Made by a program: the position numbers and the translations under genes. Of a stretch of 64,000 nucleotides of DNA, positions 59,620 through 64,000 are shown piece after piece. Positions within the stretch are counted from its first letter, which is position 1. The number at the start of each line of letters is the position of its first letter. Origin of the DNA: an uncultured Gemmatimonadales bacterium (GTDB lineage: Bacteria; Gemmatimonadota; Gemmatimonadetes; Longimicrobiales; Gaopeijiaceae); the NCBI GenBank assembly GCA_963751265.1, contig CAVVTU010000003.1, forward strand, positions 492,156 through 556,155, written 5' to 3'. A model generated the notes under the pieces. That model searched no databases, was not told the DNA's origin, and was given only the letters and a program-made list of their open reading frames with translations.

Positions 59620-62246
59620 TGAGCGTCAGGGAGCTGATTGGTAGACTGAGCCAGGCGGTGCGGCGCCGTTCGCTGGACCGGGACATGGACGACGAGATCC
59701 GCTTCCACATCGATATGGAGACTGAGAAGCGCGTCCGTGAGGGACTCTCTCCGGCCGAAGCGCGGCGTCGCGCGCTCGTGGCATTCGGCGGCGTGGAGCG
59801 ACACCGCGAGCGCCTGCGTGAGGGGCGTACCGCGCCTTTGTTCGACGCGATGGCTGGGGACTTCCGTTCGGCGCTGCGCGCCGTCCGACGTGACCCCCTC
59901 TTCTCGTTCCTCGCGGCAATCACGATTGCGCTCGGCGTCGGGGCCACCGCATCGGTATTCAGCGCCGTGAACAGCCTGGTGCTTCGCACGGTGGACCTCC
60001 CTAAGGCCGACCGTCTGGCGGGGCTGATGGAGGAGCGTGTTGGAGCGATGTCGCAGGGAGCCGAGGGGGTTCGCCTCCCCCGCATTCGCTATGAGAAATA
60101 CGTCGAAAGGACGTCGGATCTCTTCTCTTCCCTTGCCGCCTTCCGCTACGAGTCCTTCGCGTTGCGGCTCGGGGACGAAACGCTGGCCGTCAACGGAGCT
60201 CGCGTGTCGGCCAACTACTTCAGCACCTTGGACCTCGCTCCGGCGGTGGGGCGCTTCCTGGACCGGGACGACGAGCCTGCCGCGGTGATTTCCTATCAGC
60301 TCTGGCACTCGCGCTTCCAGGCTGACCAAGATCTGGTGGGCCGCGCGATCCACCTGGACAGCCGGACCTACACGCTTGTCGGCGTCGCTCCTCACGGATT
60401 CTCCGGTACGACGGTCCTCAGAGGGATCGACGTGTGGGTGCCCCTCGCCTCCCCCGGCCTCCTTCCAAAGGACACCGCCGAATTTGCGGGCGGGTGGGTG
60501 GGGTTGCTCGGCCGCCTCTGTCCTGGGATGTCCATCGATCAGGCCCAGGCGAGGATCGACGATATCGCACGCTCCATCCCTCCCGACGAACCACAGACAA
60601 CGGTCCACGGCGCCCGGCTCGAACCCTTGACCGCGATTGTGGGCCCAAGCCGTGAGGTCGTCGGCGGGCTCCTGGCCATGCTGCTCGTGCTGGCACTCGT
60701 GGTGCTATTCATCGCAGCGAGCAACGTCGCGGGGATGCTGCTCGCCCGCTCTTCCCGACGGCGCAGGGAGATCGCGATGCGGCTGGCGCTCGGCGCCCGC
60801 CGAGCGCGGTTGGTGCGACATCTCCTCGCAGAGACGCTCATGTTCTGTGTCGTCGGCTGCGGGATGGGTGTGGCCCTCGCGTGGTTGGCGACCCGCGCCA
60901 TATCGCGCGTCCCGGTCCCGCTTGAGGACATCCGCATCGACGTGGCCCCCGATACCAGAGTGCTCCTCTTCTCGCTGGTGCTGACCGTCGGCACCGGACT
61001 CCTATTCGGCCTCTGGCCAGCCCTCCAGGCTTCCAGCGTAGCCCCACTCCCCGCGCTCAAGGACGGCGACGGAGATCACCGTGGCTCACGCATGCGCTCG
61101 GTGTTCGTGGCCGGCCAGGTTGCGCTGTCGGTCCTCCTGCTCGTGCTGGCGGGCCTCTTCACACACTCGCTCTACCAGGGCCTGACGACAGACCTCGGCT
61201 ACCGTACCAAAGGGATCGCGGTATCCCAGGTCTCCCTCGCACGTCATGGGTACGACGAGACGCGGGGTCGCATGTTCTTCAACGAGTTGCGCGAGGCTGT
61301 GAGCAGGGTCGAGGGCGTGGAGGCGGTGGCCCTCGCCACCAACGTCCTGGGTAGAGGCGACCGCTTGCGGAGCGACATCCATACCCCCGACCCCATTGAG
61401 GGGGGACGGGAGGTGATCAACGCGTCGTTCGTGAGTGCCGATCCCGACTTCCTCCACATGGAGGGCATCAAGCTCGTCGCGGGACGGGGGATCGCTCCTG
61501 GAGATGTAGTCGGCACAAGTGCGGTGGTGGTCGTGAGCGAGGACCTGGCCGAAAGTTTCTGGCCGGGCGTCAGCGCCCTGGGGCGCCGTCTGCGCTTCGA
61601 CGATGTCGATCATGAGGTGGTCGGCGTGGTGCGGGGCGGACGTTTCATCCTTGCGTCGAGCGCCCCACGCCCGTTCCTGTTCTTGCCCCTCGCGCAGGAC
61701 TTCCACGAGCACCTGGCCGTGTACGCCATGGCTCCCGGCAACGAAGGAGCTGCGCTCCGCGCCATCGCCGAGGAGGTCCGACGCCTCGACCCCGATATCG
61801 CGGTCGAGGACTCCGCCACGCTGGAGCAGGTGCTCTCTCTCGCCCTCTTTCCACAGAGGTTTGCCGCTGTGCTGGTTGGGCTCTTCGGGGTAGTGGGCTT
61901 GATCCTCGCGTCGGTCGGAATCTACGGGGTGACGTCCTTCCACGTCGCACGCCGCACACGCGAGCTGGGCATTCGCCGGGCGCTGGGCGCCACGGGACGG
62001 GACGTCGTTGGCCAGATCCTCGGGCAGGCATCCCGACTCACCCTCATCGGAGGGGCCATCGGACTCGGGCTCGGCGGGCTCGCCTCCCTGGCGGCGCGGA
62101 GCGCGTTCATCAATCTCCACCTCCTCGACCCGGTCACGTTCCTGGGGGTGCCGTTCATCATCTTCCTCGTGGTGCTGATCGCTGCGGCCCGGCCTTCGGC
62201 GAGGGCAGCGTCAGTGTCTCCGTCGGAGGCGCTGAGGGAGGGCTGA
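59616..62246 (+). CDS. ADOP-family duplicated FtsX/MacB-type ABC permease (copy 4, PadR-coupled)
   Basis: 876 aa. The N-terminal cytoplasmic extension ...RSLDRDMDDEIRFHIDMETEKRVREGLSPAEARRRALVAFGG is typical of PadR-linked ADOP proteins. It has two FtsX repeats and ends ...VSPSEALREG. Confidence 0.85.
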   Translation: MMSVRELIGRLSQAVRRRSLDRDMDDEIRFHIDMETEKRVREGLSPAEARRRALVAFGGVERHRERLREGRTAPLFDAMAGDFRSALRAVRRDPLFSFLAAITIALGVGATASVFSAVNSLVLRTVDLPKADRLAGLMEERVGAMSQGAEGVRLPRIRYEKYVERTSDLFSSLAAFRYESFALRLGDETLAVNGARVSANYFSTLDLAPAVGRFLDRDDEPAAVISYQLWHSRFQADQDLVGRAIHLDSRTYTLVGVAPHGFSGTTVLRGIDVWVPLASPGLLPKDTAEFAGGWVGLLGRLCPGMSIDQAQARIDDIARSIPPDEPQTTVHGARLEPLTAIVGPSREVVGGLLAMLLVLALVVLFIAASNVAGMLLARSSRRRREIAMRLALGARRARLVRHLLAETLMFCVVGCGMGVALAWLATRAISRVPVPLEDIRIDVAPDTRVLLFSLVLTVGTGLLFGLWPALQASSVAPLPALKDGDGDHRGSRMRSVFVAGQVALSVLLLVLAGLFTHSLYQGLTTDLGYRTKGIAVSQVSLARHGYDETRGRMFFNELREAVSRVEGVEAVALATNVLGRGDRLRSDIHTPDPIEGGREVINASFVSADPDFLHMEGIKLVAGRGIAPGDVVGTSAVVVVSEDLAESFWPGVSALGRRLRFDDVDHEVVGVVRGGRFILASSAPRPFLFLPLAQDFHEHLAVYAMAPGNEGAALRAIAEEVRRLDPDIAVEDSATLEQVLSLALFPQRFAAVLVGLFGVVGLILASVGIYGVTSFHVARRTRELGIRRALGATGRDVVGQILGQASRLTLIGGAIGLGLGGLASLAARSAFINLHLLDPVTFLGVPFIIFLVVLIAAARPSARAASVSPSEALREG

Positions 62247-62471
62247 GGCGCTGAGCCAGCCAACGCCAGCCGCACTGGCCCGGCTGTTCAGGTCACCTGC
62301 TCCAGCAGCATTCGGTCGGACCCCACCGTCGATAACGAGGTTCAGGCTCGGGCAGGGCGCGCCTCGGCCCGACCGGTCAGAGAGTTGGAGGACCGGAGAT
62401 GGAAGAGCGGGAGCGCTTGAAATCAGGCGGCAAGCCAAGCAGTAGCCCGTTCTGAAATGGCCAGGACACCA

Positions 62472-64000
62472 TCATCCTGCCTTCGCTCCGACAGCCAGCT
62501 GGGCGAAGGGAGAGGCAGTAGCCACCCGCTCCAACATGTCCAAGGTTCGCTTCTCCTCGAACCGGGCCCGCTCCCGCAGGAAGTGCGTACCGGCCTCGAA
62601 GTTCGCGATGGCTAGAAGTACCCGGGGGTCCAGATCCACGTAACGCTCCTCGCGGATGCCGTCGCCCAGAATCGACCAGGAGCCCGCGAAGTTGGCATGC
62701 CGGTCGAAGTCGAAGTCGCTTGCCGAAGTGCTCTTCCCGAAGCCGAGCCGCTCCATCATAGTGGCCCACCACCCGCGCCACGCGTGCGCTTTGAAGCCGT
62801 CGAGGATCTTGCTTGGGTCGTCGGGATCTGTCGGCACCACCGCGTCAGGGTCGCGTCCTTGCCGCTCCAGATACTCGCGGGCGATGTACAGGGCCTCGGT
62901 GTACCACCCGCCTTTCCGGTCCCGGAGCCGGACCTCTCCGGAACTCACCGTCCAGGACCGAACGGACCTGATTCGGTAGAGGGTACTGGCGGCCGCCGGC
63001 TCGCCCGCCGCAGTGGGCCGGGGGAAAAGCGGTGCCTCGTCAGCCGTGGAGTACCCTGCCGCGGTCAAGCGAGCCAGGTGGGCATCGACGTGAGCTCGGA
63101 GGACCGCAGACATCGGGAACACGCGTCCATAGCCACTCTTGTCGAACTCGGCGCGGAACACCAAGACGCCATGCTCGAAGACCCCTGCCCAGTCAGGCCT
63201 GTGAGCCCCGCCGAGCATCCGCACGCTTCGGCGAATCTCACGTTCCGACGTGACGATATCTCCGCATCGCATCTGGAGCACAGCTTCCCGTCGCCTCGCC
63301 GTGTGGTACTTCACCGCCACCACGGTACGGACAATCCCCAGCCCGGTGGGATCCGCCGCATCAACGGGGGCGGGCAGCACCGTTTCACCGCCGGCGTCAT
63401 GCGCGATCCGAAGTGGGGTCATGAGGAGCTCGTATAGCTCGTCGCTGGCCCGCTCGCGTAGGGCCTTTTCATACCGCGGCCAGTTTCGGATCTCTCGTAG
63501 CGGGTTGCTCTTGATGAGCCGCTGCCTGCGGGGGCCGCGGCGGATCTCGTAGGCGAACTGAAGCACCTGATCGTAGTCGCGGATGTTGCCCAATGCCGTG
63601 ACACCTCCGACGGGGGTGAGTGTCATCGCCTCCCTGGAGCCGTCGGGGTATTTCCGTGCCAGGTCGATGGTTTGGGTCATGCGCCAATCGATGAATCTCC
63701 GCGCCCAACTCTCGTCGATCTGTAACGGGTAGGTCGATCGCCCGCAGTACTTCTCCACCAAGTCCACGACCAGGGTCAGGTTCTGCTGGAACTTGTCCTC
63801 GAACGCCGAGAGTTTGTGCGCGGGGAACAGGTCGTGAATGAGCCCCAGGGACACCTCCGCTGGCGGTAGCTGAGGTCCAATTCCCCGCGCGGGATCGTCA
63901 ACCAGATTCCGCGCCCGGAGCTTCAGCAGGAACGCCTCGGCTCGGCTGATCGCCTTGTTGATGTTGCTCGTCTTGGTTGACGGCCGCCCGCCATTCGTGG
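62472..64000 (-). CDS. Second tyrosine recombinase/integrase; N-terminus probably beyond the right window edge
   Basis: ...KYHTARRREAVLQMRCGDI (Arg I), ...FKAHAWRGWWATMM (H-x-x-R), ...IREERYVDLD (Tyr). The frame stays open from the GTG at 63854 to position 64000 (TNGGRPSTKTSNINKAISRAEAFLLKLRARNL...), so the start is unresolved. Confidence 0.6.
   Translation of the reverse strand, partial: TNGGRPSTKTSNINKAISRAEAFLLKLRARNLVDDPARGIGPQLPPAEVSLGLIHDLFPAHKLSAFEDKFQQNLTLVVDLVEKYCGRSTYPLQIDESWARRFIDWRMTQTIDLARKYPDGSREAMTLTPVGGVTALGNIRDYDQVLQFAYEIRRGPRRQRLIKSNPLREIRNWPRYEKALRERASDELYELLMTPLRIAHDAGGETVLPAPVDAADPTGLGIVRTVVAVKYHTARRREAVLQMRCGDIVTSEREIRRSVRMLGGAHRPDWAGVFEHGVLVFRAEFDKSGYGRVFPMSAVLRAHVDAHLARLTAAGYSTADEAPLFPRPTAAGEPAAASTLYRIRSVRSWTVSSGEVRLRDRKGGWYTEALYIAREYLERQGRDPDAVVPTDPDDPSKILDGFKAHAWRGWWATMMERLGFGKSTSASDFDFDRHANFAGSWSILGDGIREERYVDLDPRVLLAIANFEAGTHFLRERARFEEKRTLDMLERVATASPFAQLAVGAKAG

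Overview
Very GC-rich bacterial chromosomal segment. The gene content suggests a Gemmatimonadota/Acidobacteriota-like organism: four ADOP-type duplicated FtsX/MacB permeases, one PadR partner, a GldA / GldF-GldG / DUF4340 ABC cluster and a DUF4837-like lipoprotein. This placement is inference only. Many long ORFs in the supplied track are antisense shadow ORFs typical of GC-rich DNA and were ignored.

Layout:
- (a) 1-39.4 kb is tightly packed core DNA. It carries an M16 peptidase, an ABC-class ATPase, a deoxyhypusine-synthase homolog, a chorismate mutase / prephenate dehydratase / DAHP synthase fusion, lspA, a CocE/NonD hydrolase, a cyclophilin, csp, threonine aldolase, msrA, a YbaK-type deacylase, the gld-like ABC cluster, an ALDH7-type dehydrogenase, dnaE, an M3 peptidase, a cation antiporter, a CDF exporter, a rhomboid protease and YigZ.
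- (b) tRNA-Ile(GAT) at 39459-39532 is followed directly by a tyrosine integrase, an excisionase and about 20 kb of accessory DNA. This holds a ParB-like gene, a duplicated unknown gene family, a HEPN-motif module, secreted unknowns, a beta-propeller lipoprotein family, a 4.8 kb nest of at least four IS types and a divergent ADOP permease.
- (c) 59.3-62.2 kb is a PadR + ADOP permease pair in core-like composition.
- (d) A second tyrosine recombinase runs off the right edge.

No rRNA genes or CRISPR arrays were seen.

Most interesting observations:
- A 28-codon Phe/Tyr-rich leader ORF with a perfect intrinsic terminator and competing pairings sits directly upstream of the aromatic-pathway fusion gene. 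This is a candidate pheL-like attenuator.
- A HEPN-motif ORF is separated from an upstream unknown ORF by a single in-frame TGA inside the integrase-borne element.
- A stand-alone poly-Asp/Trp protein gene lies beside the metal-transport genes.
- The nested IS cluster contains an 819-bp inversion that can be reconstructed.
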